64,000 nt of DNA from Nitrosopumilus sp. GTDB lineage: Archaea > Thermoproteota > Nitrososphaeria > Nitrososphaerales > Nitrosopumilaceae. The position numbers and the translations under genes are program-made. The notes under the pieces are model-generated. The model was not told the DNA's origin, ran no database searches, and saw only the letters and a list, made by a program, of their open reading frames with translations. Shown piece by piece: positions 8,425-19,357 of this stretch. Location: assembly GCA_965207075.1 (NCBI GenBank), contig CBDBLO010000002.1, positions 256,001 to 320,000 of the forward strand. Direction: 5' to 3'. Position 1 is the first letter of the stretch; every line of letters starts with the position of its first letter.

Positions 8425-8916
8425 ATGGGCAAGAAAGGAACCGAGATCGTCGCCTCAAAGATTGACGTAAACGAGGTGATTGCGGACCTCAACAAGGCGT
8501 ACGCCGACGAGTGGCTTGCGCACTACCAGTACTGGCTTGCCGCCCACTGGGTAAGCGGGATCAACGCCGACGCGATAACCTCCCGCCTGACGGCCCAGTC
8601 TGCCGACGAGCTCTTGCATGCAGAAAAGTTTGCAAACAGGATAATGGAGCTTGGCGGCGCGCCCGTCATGGACTTTGCAAAGCTGGCAGAAATCGGCGGG
8701 TGCGGCTACAGCAAGCCTCCGGAGGATCAGGGCAACCTGAAGCAGGTCATCGAGGACGTGATCAGCGCCGAGAGGTGTGCGATCGACTTTTACAACAAGA
8801 TGGCAGAAAAGTACAGGGACAAGGACTATGTCACGTTTGAGCTGTTCAAGACGGTCCTGCTTGACGAGGTTAGTGACGAGGACGAGTGGGAGGATCTCCT
8901 CTCCCAGCAGCCGTGA
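8425..8916 (+). CDS. Dps-like / ferritin-like (DPSL) protein
   Basis: 'LNKAYADEWLAHYQYW', 'DELLHA...RIMELGG', 'AERCAI', 'DYVTFEL...DE': diiron ferritin-superfamily motifs. Confidence 0.88.
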   Translation: MGKKGTEIVASKIDVNEVIADLNKAYADEWLAHYQYWLAAHWVSGINADAITSRLTAQSADELLHAEKFANRIMELGGAPVMDFAKLAEIGGCGYSKPPEDQGNLKQVIEDVISAERCAIDFYNKMAEKYRDKDYVTFELFKTVLLDEVSDEDEWEDLLSQQP

Positions 8917-9153
8917 CGCTTCGCGGCTTTTCAGGATTGCCTCCGCGGTTGGCGCCGGGCGCATGATGCGCCCGTCCGGAACCGAGCGCCGACGAGGATC
9001 ATGCGGCGCCGTTGTCAGGATTGCCGCGCGCGGCTGCCTTTAACGCACATCGGCCGGGTCTGCTCCTCCCTCTGCCATATGCGCATTAGCGGCTCGGAAA
9101 CTCGGTCTGTTACCGTGATTCCAAGGTGATCTTTTCTTGCCTGCTGCGTGCGC

Positions 9154-9708
9154 CTAAAAGTCGATCCCCTTTTTGGCCCTGATGCCCCTTTTGAACGGGT
9201 GCTTGACCTCCCTCATCTCGGTGACGAGGTCGGCCCTCTCGACCACTTGGTCGGTAGCGCGGTTTCCCGTCAGCACCACAGAGACCTCTGGCGGGCGGGC
9301 ATCCAGTATCTCGAGCACGTCGGACACCGGCACCAGCCCGAGGTCCACCGCGTAGTTTATCTCGTCCAGTATGACTATGTCGTACGCGCCAGATCGCACC
9401 TTTTCTGACGCCAGCCTGACTGCCTCCCCCGCAATCCTCTCGTGGTCCTCCCGGGGGCTCTTGTCGTCTATTATTCCTACAAACCCCTTGCCGGCCGCGA
9501 TCATCTCGAAGCCGGGCTCGAGCAGCTTGGATGACTCCATCTCGCCGTAGCTCCACGACCCCTTGATGAACTGTACCATGCACACCTTCTTGCGGTGGCC
9601 CAGCGCGCGCAGGGCCATTCCGAGGGCCGCGGTCGTCTTGCCCTTGCCCCCGCCCGTGTATACGATGACAATCCCGCCGCTATCGTCTCTCTTGTCGCGT
9701 GGTTTCAT
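9154..9708 (-). CDS. cobO: Cob(I)yrinic acid a,c-diamide adenosyltransferase
   Basis: 'VYTGGGKGKTTAALG', 'VQFIKG', 'ILDEIN', 'VLTG', 'ADLVTEM...KHPF...GIDF'. Confidence 0.95.
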   Translation of the reverse strand: MKPRDKRDDSGGIVIVYTGGGKGKTTAALGMALRALGHRKKVCMVQFIKGSWSYGEMESSKLLEPGFEMIAAGKGFVGIIDDKSPREDHERIAGEAVRLASEKVRSGAYDIVILDEINYAVDLGLVPVSDVLEILDARPPEVSVVLTGNRATDQVVERADLVTEMREVKHPFKRGIRAKKGIDF

Positions 9709-9775
9709 GCCTGTTCCCCGGATGTGGTGGCGGCTGCGTGTTATTATTATTAATCGGCAGGACGGCCCGTATGCG

Positions 9776-11245
9776 TTGAAGCTTCCACGGGTGGTCGTCG
9801 CCGGCGTCTCAAGCGGGGTCGGCAAGACGTCCATAACATGCGCAATCATACGCGTCATGCGCAGGCAGGGGCTGACCGTGTCGCCGTTCAAGGTGGGGCC
9901 GGACTATATCGATCCCGTGTACCTGGGTGCAGCGGCGGGACTCGATGCGCGCAACCTCGACGTGTGGGTGATGGGGAGCACCCGTCGGACTCTGGAAAGC
10001 TTTGCAATGCACGCGCGGGGTTCCGACGTGTCGGTGATAGAGGGGGTCATGGGGTATTACGACGGGCATTCCGGACACTCTGACTATGCCAGCACGTACC
10101 ACATGGCAAGCATCACGCGCTCGCCTGTCATACTGGCCGTGGACGCTTCAAAGGCCGCGCGGTCGGTGGCCGCCACCGCTCTCGGCTTTCGCTCGTTTCA
10201 GAAGAATTCGCGCATTGCAGGCGTGATTCTCAACAAGCTTGGCAGCGTCAGACACGCGCTGACGTGCCAGGACGCGCTCCGCAGCGCAGGCATCCCGGTT
10301 CTGGGATCCATATACAGGGACGCGGCAATGACGATGGAGGAGCGCCATCTGGGACTCCACTCTACCGTTGACAGGACGGAGCTGGAGAAAAAGATTGAGA
10401 GGATTGCAGACGTCGTAGAACCGCGCCTGGACGTAAAGAGACTGCTGGCTATAGCCTATTCGGCGGGGCCCGTTCCGGCTGCTGCTACTGCTGCTGATGA
10501 TGCCAAGCCGCGCAAGACGCCAAACGCCGTACTGCGGAACAGGGAGCTCGTCGCAAATTACAACAAGGAGGTGAAAAACAAGGACGGGCCAGTCATAGCG
10601 GTGGCGCTAGACTCTTCGTTCAACTTTTACTATCAGGACAACCTCGACGCGCTGCGCCGCGAGGGCGCGCAGTTGAAGTTCTTCAGTCCCGTGTCAGGCA
10701 AGAGGCCGCCCGCGTGCGACGCCCTATACATCGGGGGCGGGTTTCCGGAGGTGCTGGCGGCCCCGCTTGAGCAGAACCAGTCCATGAAAAGATCGATCAA
10801 GAAGATGGCAGAGGACGGGATGCCCATATACGCGGAGTGTGGCGGACTGATGTATCTCTCAAAGAGCATAACAAGCAAGCAGCGCAAAAAATATGGCATG
10901 GTGGGACTGTTTGATGCCGGCGTCGTAATGACAAGCCGTCCCGTCATAAATTATACCGAAGGCGTCATAAGTTCTGGCACTCCCATTACGGGCAGTTCCG
11001 ATCGCAAGTTCCGGGGGCACGAGTTCCACTATTCCAGGATGTCTGGCCTGCCGCGGGGTTCGGGCCTTGCAATACGTCTGTACGACGGGAACTGCGGCGG
11101 GGAGAACTGCGGAGTGGGCATACAAAACGGGAACGACGGCCTGATGGTACACAACACGCTTGCGTCGTACGGGCACATCTACTTTGACGTGGCCGACTTT
11201 GCGTCGCACTTTGTCGCGAACTGCGCACGGTACAGGCGGCTCTGA
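9776..11245 (+). CDS. cbiA: Cobyrinate a,c-diamide synthase
   Basis: 'SGVGKT', 'FKVGPDYIDP', 'VIEGVMGYYDG', 'GGGFPE', 'YAECGGLMYL', 'GHEFHYS'. TTG start inferred. Confidence 0.93.
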   Translation: MKLPRVVVAGVSSGVGKTSITCAIIRVMRRQGLTVSPFKVGPDYIDPVYLGAAAGLDARNLDVWVMGSTRRTLESFAMHARGSDVSVIEGVMGYYDGHSGHSDYASTYHMASITRSPVILAVDASKAARSVAATALGFRSFQKNSRIAGVILNKLGSVRHALTCQDALRSAGIPVLGSIYRDAAMTMEERHLGLHSTVDRTELEKKIERIADVVEPRLDVKRLLAIAYSAGPVPAAATAADDAKPRKTPNAVLRNRELVANYNKEVKNKDGPVIAVALDSSFNFYYQDNLDALRREGAQLKFFSPVSGKRPPACDALYIGGGFPEVLAAPLEQNQSMKRSIKKMAEDGMPIYAECGGLMYLSKSITSKQRKKYGMVGLFDAGVVMTSRPVINYTEGVISSGTPITGSSDRKFRGHEFHYSRMSGLPRGSGLAIRLYDGNCGGENCGVGIQNGNDGLMVHNTLASYGHIYFDVADFASHFVANCARYRRL

Positions 11246-11339
11246 GGCCCGTACTGCGGCGATCCGCAGGGCGTGTTTGAAGAAGTTACGGAATGAAAAA
11301 CGATCTTGGTATTGTAACGCCCATCTGTGGCTCGGGTGA

Positions 11340-11990
11340 TTATGATGCGGCCTTGTGCGCCCTGAGCAGCTTGTACAGTGCGTTGACGATGGCAGACGCG
11401 GTGGGGCTGCCGCCCTTCCTGCCCGTATTGGTGATGTACGGTATGTCATTTTGTTGGGCCAGCTCCGCCTTTGACTCTGCGGCATCCACAAAGCCGACCG
11501 GCATTCCCACTATGAGGGCGGGTTTTGCCGCGCCCTCCCTTGTCATCCTCAGAACCTCGCGCAGGGCAGTCGGCGCGTTGCCGATCACCACTATGCCGCC
11601 GCTCATCTCAGATGACACTGAGCGCATCGCCGCCTGCGACCTGGTAAGCGACTTTTCCTTTGCGGTTGCGGCTACGCTGGGATCGGATATCCTGCATATG
11701 ATCTCGTTTCCAAAGTCCCTTGGGTTCTGCTTGTTGAGGCCCCCGATCACGCCGTTGACGTCCGTTATGATCGCGCGCCCGCCTTTGAGCGCGCCCATCC
11801 CGCCTTTGATGGCATTCTCATGAAACAGTATCCGGCTTGCCCCCGCAAAGTCAAAGTCCGCCGTGGCGTGTATGACCCGCCTCACGATGGGCCATTCCGT
11901 GTCGTTGTACGTATGTCTGCCGCCAATCTCCTCGTCTATGATGCGCATGCTGGCATCCTCTATAGACTGGCCCGCCCTAACCTGCGACAT
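11340..11990 (-). CDS. cbiC: Precorrin-8X methylmutase
   Basis: 'RRVIHATADF', 'TRSQAAM', 'IGNAPTAL', 'GMPVGFV.AAESK', 'GRKGGS'. Confidence 0.95.
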   Translation of the reverse strand: MSQVRAGQSIEDASMRIIDEEIGGRHTYNDTEWPIVRRVIHATADFDFAGASRILFHENAIKGGMGALKGGRAIITDVNGVIGGLNKQNPRDFGNEIICRISDPSVAATAKEKSLTRSQAAMRSVSSEMSGGIVVIGNAPTALREVLRMTREGAAKPALIVGMPVGFVDAAESKAELAQQNDIPYITNTGRKGGSPTASAIVNALYKLLRAHKAAS

Positions 11991-12768
11991 GGTCTGCCGC
12001 CTCCACCTCTGCCGCCCTCTGCAGTATCAAATCTATCATCCTCTCGTCCGCCCCGATGTGCTTCGTGATGTATGCGTTTCTTATCGACGACGACTCCAAG
12101 GCGGGCATCAGATCGTTGTTGATGTCCGTCTTTACGTGAGCGCCCTCGTGCAGGAAATAGTATACGATGACCAATGCCTCGGGGCTGTCCGCCTCGCACC
12201 TCTTGATGCCCGCGGCTATGTCGGGCTGCTCTATCTCAAGCCAGCACCTGCTCACGTTGCGGTACCTTCCCTTGAGGCTGTTTACGATGTAGTCCATGGA
12301 GCGCTGCGCGTTGGGATCCACGCTGCCGTGGCCGATTATCATCACGTCTACCATGTCATCCGGCATGGTGACGTTGTTCTCTTTTAGCGCGGCGGCCACC
12401 CTGCTCTGAACTATGTCGACCAGCGTGCCGTGCATGCTCATGGCCCTCGTTACGAGCAGCTTTATCCGCGTCTTGGACTGGTACGTCATGGCATCCGCTA
12501 CGGCGTTCTTGACCTTTTTCCCCGGGTATAGGAAGTACGGCACGATCGTAAGTGCGTCTATCTCGTCGGGCTTGAGGCACTTTGCCATGCCGTCCTCGAT
12601 GTACGGAGGCTCCACCTCCAGAAAGCAGTATTCGGCAAACGCATAGCCCCCCTTTTTCATGATGCCGGCGCATATGCTGTCAAGCTCCTCTGATGCCTCG
12701 CGCTCGCGGCTCCCCCTGTCAATCAGGAGCAGCCCGCGCCTCCTCCCCTTTTCTTGCTCTGCAGTCAT
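11977..12768 (-). CDS. cbiX: Sirohydrochlorin cobaltochelatase (two-domain CbiX)
   Basis: 'LIDRGSR', 'FLEVEPP', 'VPYFLYPG', 'IGHGS', 'FLHEGAHVKTDI'. Confidence 0.9.
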   Translation of the reverse strand: MTAEQEKGRRRGLLLIDRGSREREASEELDSICAGIMKKGGYAFAEYCFLEVEPPYIEDGMAKCLKPDEIDALTIVPYFLYPGKKVKNAVADAMTYQSKTRIKLLVTRAMSMHGTLVDIVQSRVAAALKENNVTMPDDMVDVMIIGHGSVDPNAQRSMDYIVNSLKGRYRNVSRCWLEIEQPDIAAGIKRCEADSPEALVIVYYFLHEGAHVKTDINNDLMPALESSSIRNAYITKHIGADERMIDLILQRAAEVEAADHVAG

Positions 12769-13868
12769 GCCTCCGACACCCTCCTCGATACGGCCACCGT
12801 CAAATCCGGCGGGAATTTCTGCTTTTGCACTATGAGCCTGCAGGAATCCGGGCCTCCGCCCGCCTTGATGCAGGCGGCCTCAGACACGCTCGGCGTGCCC
12901 TCGTACGCCCTTACCGTATCGGAGGGATTCGGCACCGCAACCCCCGCCAGATCGTCCCGGTCATACAGGTCAAGCGGCACCTGCAGCATGTCTGCGGCCT
13001 CTGCCAGCCCCGGCACGTCGGCCGGCTTTTTTATCGACGCCAGCCTGGCGATACACCTTGCAGACAGGCCGTGCGCCTTGAGGACCTCCGTAATGCCGCC
13101 GATGATGGTGTCCGTGGCGGTGTCGCGGTGCACCCCGACCCCGACTACCAGGGTGGGGGGCCTGTATATGACACGGCTTGCAGGGGCTCCCGGTATGTCA
13201 GTCTTGTCCGATATTATGAGGTGCGCCCTCGAGTCTGACTTGTGCAGGGCGTCAAGCGTGTCGTATGTGGTGACGTTTGCAGGCAGGCTGCCGCTGCCAC
13301 TGCTGTCACCACCACGCCACCAGTCCGCCCTGCCCGCGTCTTGGTATACGCCGATCTTTTCCTCGTTTACCATGTGGGCGCTCACCGCCGTAACGTCCGA
13401 GTCGTCCTCTATCACCCAGTTGTAGTCGCGGCCTATCATGTCAACTGATATGGTGCCCTTTACGTCTGCCGCGGTAGTGATTACCGGCCGCGCGCCAAGC
13501 CTCCCTGCAATGTCACGGGTCAGCTTGTTTGCGCCGCCGATGTGCCCCGACAGTACGCTTATGACGAAGTTTCTCATCTCGTCAATCACGATTACGGCCG
13601 GATCCGTCTTTTTGTCTTTGATGTGGGGCGCAATCAGCCTGATTGTGGCGCCAAGCGAGAACAGGCACACCAGCCCGTCGCTTTGCGCAAACAGCTTGGA
13701 TATAACAACAGACGTCTGCTCCGTATACCAGCTTATGCGCGCGTCGTTGTCGTATGTGGCGGCAAACTTGCCGGGGGCGTATACCTCCCATCCGGGAAAC
13801 GCATCTAGTATGTCCAGCCCGGTCCTGATGCCGTCCTTGGTTATTGCCAGTATGGCTACCTTCTCCAT
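12765..13868 (-). CDS. cbiG: Cobalt-precorrin-5A hydrolase
   Basis: 'DKKTDPAVIVIDE', 'LSGHIGGAN', 'PVITTA', 'LVVGVG', 'SVSEAA'. Start at MEKVAIL. Confidence 0.93.
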   Translation of the reverse strand: MEKVAILAITKDGIRTGLDILDAFPGWEVYAPGKFAATYDNDARISWYTEQTSVVISKLFAQSDGLVCLFSLGATIRLIAPHIKDKKTDPAVIVIDEMRNFVISVLSGHIGGANKLTRDIAGRLGARPVITTAADVKGTISVDMIGRDYNWVIEDDSDVTAVSAHMVNEEKIGVYQDAGRADWWRGGDSSGSGSLPANVTTYDTLDALHKSDSRAHLIISDKTDIPGAPASRVIYRPPTLVVGVGVHRDTATDTIIGGITEVLKAHGLSARCIARLASIKKPADVPGLAEAADMLQVPLDLYDRDDLAGVAVPNPSDTVRAYEGTPSVSEAACIKAGGGPDSCRLIVQKQKFPPDLTVAVSRRVSEA

Positions 13869-14120
13869 GCGCAGCCTTTGGCCTGTTTTGTAAAATACCT
13901 TGCCATCCCATAGGCGCGGCTGGCGCGCGGTATTCCTTTCTGCCGTGCTGCATGTGTACGGGCTGGCCTGCACGACCCCCTGTCGGGCAACCGTGGTCAC
14001 TGTATGCCGCAGCTGGGCTCTGGTCCGGCACGACGGGATGGCAGCCGTACCGTCCATTTGGGGAATGGGGGGATGTGTCATTATGGCACGAGCCATGGCA
14101 TGCAGAGATCTGCCATGCAG

Positions 14121-15497
14121 TCAGTCGTATCCGCTCGGACGCTCCACCTTGTGAAATATCGAATATGACGTGATTGGGACCTCTCCTTGGCCGTCCTTCT
14201 TGTACAGCGTGACGGTATACACGCCGGGCAGATCCGCCAGATCCCCCACGTCCGCCTTTAGGTCAAACCTCCCATTCTCAAAGCCCCCCCATTCTTCTGC
14301 GACTATGATGGGCACCTTGAGCTCGGCCGTGCCTTCCAGCGAGGCGTCCTTGGCGGACTCTTGCAGGCGCAGGGCCTCTTGAGGGGACTTTGGGGCTGGG
14401 ACGTCACGCGGTATCTCGTATGGATCCGGACACGTGCTACTGCTATACGTGGTGCCAAACCCGTCGTACTTCCAGCCGGGCTCGGGAGGCGCGACGATCA
14501 GGGACACCGACGTGCCGTCGGTGTAACAGTAGGTTCGCGCGACCTGGCCCTGCGTAAGGCTGTGCGGGGCCGGGTCATACGTAAGCGACATGCTGTCGCC
14601 GAACTGGACCTGGGCCGTCACTGCGGCTGCAAACGACAGTACACCGTTTTCGTCAATTGCCGGTTCTGCCTCAAACGACAGCACGTCCTCGTACTCAAAG
14701 TGCTGCACTACGATGTCGTTGCGCCAGTCGCTTGCAATGCCTATGTTTACGGTTGCGTGGTGCGGATCGAGGATGTTGTTTCGATGGCCCGGACTCTGCA
14801 TTAGTCCGTTCATGGCATCCAGTACCGTGGCGGTGGGCGACTCGAGCATGTAGGATTCGTCCACGCAGTAATTCAATCCGAATATGTTCTCCGCATTGTA
14901 CTGGTCTCCCCCTGCCAGCGTATGGCGCATGTACGGCTTGAGGCCGTCAAGCCCCCAGTGTGAGGAGCTGCAGCCGGCAAGCATGTTCTCCGCATGGGTC
15001 TGGGCCGCGCCGTTGCTTCCCAGCGCAACGGGCTCCAGCCCCGCCCTGTCGCGTTCGGCGTTTATCATGTCGAGCATGGACGCCCTTGCCCCTGCGAGCT
15101 CCTCCTCGGAGGGCGGTTCTTGGTATTTTGATCCTGCTTCATGCGTGCCGGAGTCTGTGGATTTCCTCAGGTCCGCGCCGGACTGCTCGAGCTTTGCCCC
15201 TGCCTGTTCCACCACCTCCTCTGCAGTGGTGATGACAGGTTCTGGGAACGGCGGCGGCTCAGGCGTCTCCGCGGCATTTCCCGCGCCCGCATTCGGCCAG
15301 GCGCCTCCGTCGTATGAAGCCGGTCCTGCAAGCAGCAGGAATGCGGCAGCGGCGGCAGCGGCGGCAGCGATTCCAAGCATGACGATTGCAGTCTTCCTGC
15401 CGCCGGCCCTGCCCCTTCTGCCACGCGACTCCCAGCGGCGGCTGCCGTTTCGGCCGTAATGCGAACGGTTCCTGCTGACGCGCCGCCTGTATCCCAC
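14121..15497 (-). CDS. Membrane-anchored CAP/SCP-domain protein
   Basis: Basic N-terminus and hydrophobic segment, then 'MINAERDRAGLEPV', 'AQTHAENM', 'SHWG', 'AENI', 'MQSPGHRNNILDP...VNIGIA'. Confidence 0.85.
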   Translation of the reverse strand: MGYRRRVSRNRSHYGRNGSRRWESRGRRGRAGGRKTAIVMLGIAAAAAAAAAFLLLAGPASYDGGAWPNAGAGNAAETPEPPPFPEPVITTAEEVVEQAGAKLEQSGADLRKSTDSGTHEAGSKYQEPPSEEELAGARASMLDMINAERDRAGLEPVALGSNGAAQTHAENMLAGCSSSHWGLDGLKPYMRHTLAGGDQYNAENIFGLNYCVDESYMLESPTATVLDAMNGLMQSPGHRNNILDPHHATVNIGIASDWRNDIVVQHFEYEDVLSFEAEPAIDENGVLSFAAAVTAQVQFGDSMSLTYDPAPHSLTQGQVARTYCYTDGTSVSLIVAPPEPGWKYDGFGTTYSSSTCPDPYEIPRDVPAPKSPQEALRLQESAKDASLEGTAELKVPIIVAEEWGGFENGRFDLKADVGDLADLPGVYTVTLYKKDGQGEVPITSYSIFHKVERPSGYD

Positions 15498-15660
15498 GTA
15501 CTGGAATCGCGTCGCAAAAATTAATAATTTGCGAACAGGTAGGATGCGTCCTGCACTTCAGCTGATGTGTCCGTTTGGATGCGCGCTTGTAAACCAACCG
15601 GCGGCCGGTGTCGTGGTTTGAATCCGGATGTGGCTGGCTACGGATTCAAAAACCAGTCAC

Positions 15661-16824
15661 TTACGCTCCGGCTCTTGCAAGAATACTGCCGTCGAACCCA
15701 AACAGTACGACCTCGATTGCGATGTCGTTATTTTTCGCGTGGTTCTTCATGTGCTTGTGGACCTCCGCGCACAGCATCTCAAAGAACTTGGGCGCGCACT
15801 CCGCACCCGATATGATTTCAGAGACGTGCCTTGCGGTGTTCGCCTTGGTGATGGCGCGCACGACGTCGTCGGGCGCGCCCGCGCCCGCCGCCAGGCCCGC
15901 GAGGAACTTCATGTTAACCTTGGAGCCCTTTACGTGAGTCTGTTTTACGCCGGTTGCCATCTTTGCAAGCTTGCCTACGAACCCCACCACGTACACCTTT
16001 TGAAAGTGCGCGGAGCGCTTTGCGGACTCGCGGACGGAATACCCCGCAAAGTCCCCCATCTGCACAAAGCAGTGGTCGGGCAGGACAGGAGCTTCTTCCT
16101 GCTTGGCGCCCGTATCGTCACCGTCGCTGCCGCGTGTAATCAGGTCCCTTGCAAACTCCTCGCTCCTGCCGCCGGTCGTCAGCACGATGGTGTCCTCGCC
16201 CATGGCGGCCGCCACGTCCAAGTTCTGCCTGATGGCGGCCGCGTACGACGCCGTCGAGAACGGTATTACGATCCCGCTCGTGCCCAGTATGGATATCCCG
16301 CCTATTATGCCCAGCCTGGGATTGTCGGTCCTTGGTGCGAGTTCCCTGCCCTTGGGGACCGATATGACCACCCTGATGCCGCGGCTCTCCCAGAACGGGG
16401 ATGCGGCCTCCTCCCGGAGGTTCTGGACTATCATCCTCTTTGGCACGGGGTTTATCGCCGGCTTGTCTATCTCCAGCCCCAGCCCGGGCTTTGTCACCAC
16501 ACCGACGCCCTCGCCGCCGCCGATCTCTATCTCGCCCGGCCTGCCGGTCACGTGCAGGTCCACCACGATGTCCGCGCCGTGTGTCACGTCGGGGTCGTCC
16601 CCGCCGTCCTTCGTTATCACACATCTGGCGCGGTCGTCCCCGGTCCTCGTGCACTCCCTGATCGGGATGATGATCGTGTCGCCCCTAGGTATGGTGATCT
16701 CCATGCTGCCTGCCGCGCAGTCCCCCGTGACTACCGCCCTCAGGGCGGCCCTCGCACCGGCCGTGGCGCAGCTTCCTGTGGTGTATCCGGTTCTCTGCTT
16801 TTGGGCGTCCCCCCCCTGGCTCAT
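15661..16824 (-). CDS. cbiD: Cobalt-precorrin-5B C1-methyltransferase
   Basis: 'GYTTGSCATA', 'KDGGDDPDVTHG', 'AINPVP', 'NPRLGIIGGISILGTSGIV', 'GKLAKMA'. Confidence 0.96.
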   Translation of the reverse strand: MSQGGDAQKQRTGYTTGSCATAGARAALRAVVTGDCAAGSMEITIPRGDTIIIPIRECTRTGDDRARCVITKDGGDDPDVTHGADIVVDLHVTGRPGEIEIGGGEGVGVVTKPGLGLEIDKPAINPVPKRMIVQNLREEAASPFWESRGIRVVISVPKGRELAPRTDNPRLGIIGGISILGTSGIVIPFSTASYAAAIRQNLDVAAAMGEDTIVLTTGGRSEEFARDLITRGSDGDDTGAKQEEAPVLPDHCFVQMGDFAGYSVRESAKRSAHFQKVYVVGFVGKLAKMATGVKQTHVKGSKVNMKFLAGLAAGAGAPDDVVRAITKANTARHVSEIISGAECAPKFFEMLCAEVHKHMKNHAKNNDIAIEVVLFGFDGSILARAGA

Positions 16825-16931
16825 ACGTGAACAGTACGTGAACGTATTATTTTCTGTTTACCGTATGTGTGTGGGACGGCCGTTGGCGGCACGCCGCACT
16901 CTTAAAATTCGCACCGCGCTATGCGCGCCAC

Positions 16932-17834
16932 ATGGCGGCAAGGAAGATCGCAATCATGGGCGCCGGCGGCTACATCGGGCGGAACCTGCGTCGCGTCGCG
17001 TCGAAGCTGTACGACGTGGAGATCGCCGCGCTGTCCCGGGACGACTTGCGCGCGTCCTATCCTGGCGACGCCGCAGTCGACCGCGGTCCGCGTCGGGACG
17101 ACAGCGAGGGCCTGGGGGCCGCAGTGGACGCCATACGGGGCTCCGACGCGCTGGTAAACCTGGTGGGCTCGGGCCGCCAGTCCGCCACGGAGCCGTTCTC
17201 GGACTCCGTAACGACCCCCGCGTCCATCGCCGCGTCCCTGTGCAGGCACGCCGGCATACCGCGGATCGTATACGTGAGCGGGCTGGGGGCCTCTGCGCGC
17301 TCGCCGATCGCGTACCTGGCATCCAAGTACGCCGCGGAGACGTCGGTGGGCAGGTCCGGCCTGGACTATGTGATATTCCGCCCCTCCTACGTGGTGGGGC
17401 GCGGGGACCATCTTGCGTCATACGTGCTGTCCCACGCCAAGGGAACCGGCATCAGGCCCGCGCCCGCCGACGTCTACGAGTGCTATGCCAAGATGCAGCC
17501 CATACACGTCGACGACGCCGCGGCCGCAATCCTGTGGGGCGCCCTCGGGGCGCCGCCCGCCCGCGTGACCCTTGACCTGGTGGGCCCCGACCGGGTCCCG
17601 TTCTACGACTACATGCGCATGGTATCGCGCGCGTGCCGCGTCCCACTGAACCCGATTACGATGGAGCAGGCCTACGCGCAGGCCCTCAGGGATCCAGAGC
17701 ATGCAACGTTCGGGGTGGACGACCTTGGGATCATAACCGGCGGGTACACAGCAAACCCCAGAAAGCTTGTACGCGCAACCGGAATCTCGCCGCGTTCGGT
17801 GGCGTCGATACTAGAGGCCGGCCGCCTTCCTTAG
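16932..17834 (+). CDS. NAD-dependent epimerase/dehydratase (atypical SDR, NDUFA9-like)
   Basis: '[11 protein letters not shown]', 'VNLVG', 'YVSGLG', 'YLASK', 'FRPSYVVG', 'QPIHVDD'. Confidence 0.85.
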   Translation: MAARKIAIMGAGGYIGRNLRRVASKLYDVEIAALSRDDLRASYPGDAAVDRGPRRDDSEGLGAAVDAIRGSDALVNLVGSGRQSATEPFSDSVTTPASIAASLCRHAGIPRIVYVSGLGASARSPIAYLASKYAAETSVGRSGLDYVIFRPSYVVGRGDHLASYVLSHAKGTGIRPAPADVYECYAKMQPIHVDDAAAAILWGALGAPPARVTLDLVGPDRVPFYDYMRMVSRACRVPLNPITMEQAYAQALRDPEHATFGVDDLGIITGGYTANPRKLVRATGISPRSVASILEAGRLP

Positions 17835-18989
17835 CGACTCTGCCCTGTCCGTCCTCTCCCACGTGAACTCGCGCTCGTCCTCCCTGCCGAAGTGGCCGTA
17901 CGCGGCCGTCTTCCTGTATATGGGCCTCTTCAGGTTCAGCTGCGATATTATGGCGGCCGGGCGCATCTCAAAGTTCTCCCTTATTATGTCGGTTATGCGC
18001 TCGTCGGATACCCTCCCGGTTCCGAATGTGTTGACGTAGAGTGACACGGGCTCGGCCACACCTATCGCGTACGCCAGCTGCACCTCGCACCTGTCCGCGA
18101 TGCCGGCGGCTATGACGTTCTTTGCGATGTATCTGCACATGTAGCAGGCCGACCTGTCGACCTTTGAGGGATCCTTGCCGGAGAACGCCCCGCCGCCGTG
18201 CCTGCCAAAGCCGCCGTACGTGTCCACTATAATCTTGCGCCCGGTCAGGCCCGTGTCGCCGTGCGGCCCGCCGATCTCAAACCTGCCGGTCGGGTTGATG
18301 TGCACCCTGATGCCGTCGCTCCACAGGTCTCCCAAGACGGGCTTGATCACGCGGGATATGATCCCCTCCCTGATGTCCTGCTGGCTCACGTCAGGCGAGT
18401 GCTGCGTGGATATGACCACCGCCGTTATCCCCGCGGGCTTGCCGCCCTCGTATCTCACGGACACCTGGGACTTGCCGTCGGGCCTGACCCACGGCAGCGT
18501 GCCGTCCCTCCTGACCTGGGACAGCATCCTGGTCAGCTTGTGCGAGAGCAGGATGGGCATGGGCATCATCTCGGGCGTCTCGTTTGTGGCGTATCCGAAC
18601 ATTATTCCCTGGTCGCCTGCGCCCTGCTCTCCTCCTTCCTTCTCGTCCACCCCGCGGCTGATATCGGGGCTCTGGGCGTGGAGCATCAGTCTCACCTCGC
18701 ACGTGTCGGCGTCGAACTTTAGGGCCGAGTCGTCGTATCCTATCTCCCTGATTACCGTCCTTGCCAGCCTCTCTTGCGCGGGCCCGTCAAGTGCCGCCTT
18801 TGACGTGACCTCCCCGGACACCATGACAAAGTCCGTGGTTACGAGCGTCTCTATCGCGACCCGGGAGTCGGGATCCTGCCTCAGGTACTCGTCCAGAAAC
18901 GCGTCGGAGACGTTGTCGCATATCTTGTCGGGATGCCCCTCGGTTACCGATTCGGATGTAAACAGAAAGTTCTCGTTGTCGGACATCAT
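17811..18989 (-). CDS. metK: S-adenosylmethionine synthetase (bacterial/eukaryotic type)
   Basis: '[13 protein letters not shown]', 'GAGDQG', '[21 protein letters not shown]', '[16 protein letters not shown]'. Confidence 0.97.
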   Translation of the reverse strand: MMSDNENFLFTSESVTEGHPDKICDNVSDAFLDEYLRQDPDSRVAIETLVTTDFVMVSGEVTSKAALDGPAQERLARTVIREIGYDDSALKFDADTCEVRLMLHAQSPDISRGVDEKEGGEQGAGDQGIMFGYATNETPEMMPMPILLSHKLTRMLSQVRRDGTLPWVRPDGKSQVSVRYEGGKPAGITAVVISTQHSPDVSQQDIREGIISRVIKPVLGDLWSDGIRVHINPTGRFEIGGPHGDTGLTGRKIIVDTYGGFGRHGGGAFSGKDPSKVDRSACYMCRYIAKNVIAAGIADRCEVQLAYAIGVAEPVSLYVNTFGTGRVSDERITDIIRENFEMRPAAIISQLNLKRPIYRKTAAYGHFGREDEREFTWERTDRAESLRKAAGL

Positions 18990-19044
18990 GCCGCGCCCCG
19001 TCTTGCCGCCGTTATCATCATTGTCATCGTCATCATCATGACAA

Positions 19045-19290
19045 TCAGAGTTCGTTTTCCATCTTTATGAACAGAACGTTGTTTCCCCTCACGATGACTC
19101 TGCCGTAGTTTGCTATCGTCTTTCCGCCGTGGCGCTCTTCTGCGTCGGTCATTATGAGGTTCATGTACGCGTCGATGTTGCTCATCTTTCCCTTGTATTC
19201 GACCTCGTTCTTGAGCCGGACCGTGACCCGCCTCCTGGTGCTCTTCTGCAGGGCCGTAAGGGGGCGTTTTGCTGCGCTGGTCTGGGACAA
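19045..19290 (-). CDS. Sm-like (Lsm) RNA-binding protein
   Basis: 'KRPLTAL...VTVRLKN...YKG...[11 protein letters not shown]...[13 protein letters not shown]': Sm1/Sm2 motifs. Confidence 0.93.
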   Translation of the reverse strand: MSQTSAAKRPLTALQKSTRRRVTVRLKNEVEYKGKMSNIDAYMNLIMTDAEERHGGKTIANYGRVIVRGNNVLFIKMENEL

Positions 19291-19357
19291 TATCTATCGA
19301 TCTGAGCATCGATGTCTTGAATAAAAGCCTTATGTGCTGCGCCGCGCCTGTCTGCGC

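Noticed and set aside
8931-9025. Repeated 11-mer TCAGGATTGCC in the Dps-cobO spacer
   Set aside because: Only two short copies between convergent genes, with no further structure.
9154-16824. Cobalamin biosynthesis cluster as a novelty
   Set aside because: B12 synthesis is an established trait of ammonia-oxidising archaea.
15628-17575. Long alternative-frame or antisense ORFs (e.g. 15628-16830, 16103-17575; likewise 39728-40984, 52985-54166)
   Set aside because: These are shadow ORFs of well-supported genes, expected in GC-rich DNA, with Arg/Pro-rich, motif-free translations.
17811-18989. Bacterial-type MetK in an archaeon, and its 24-bp convergent overlap with the epimerase
   Set aside because: To my knowledge this MetK type is usual in this lineage, and short convergent overlaps are common.
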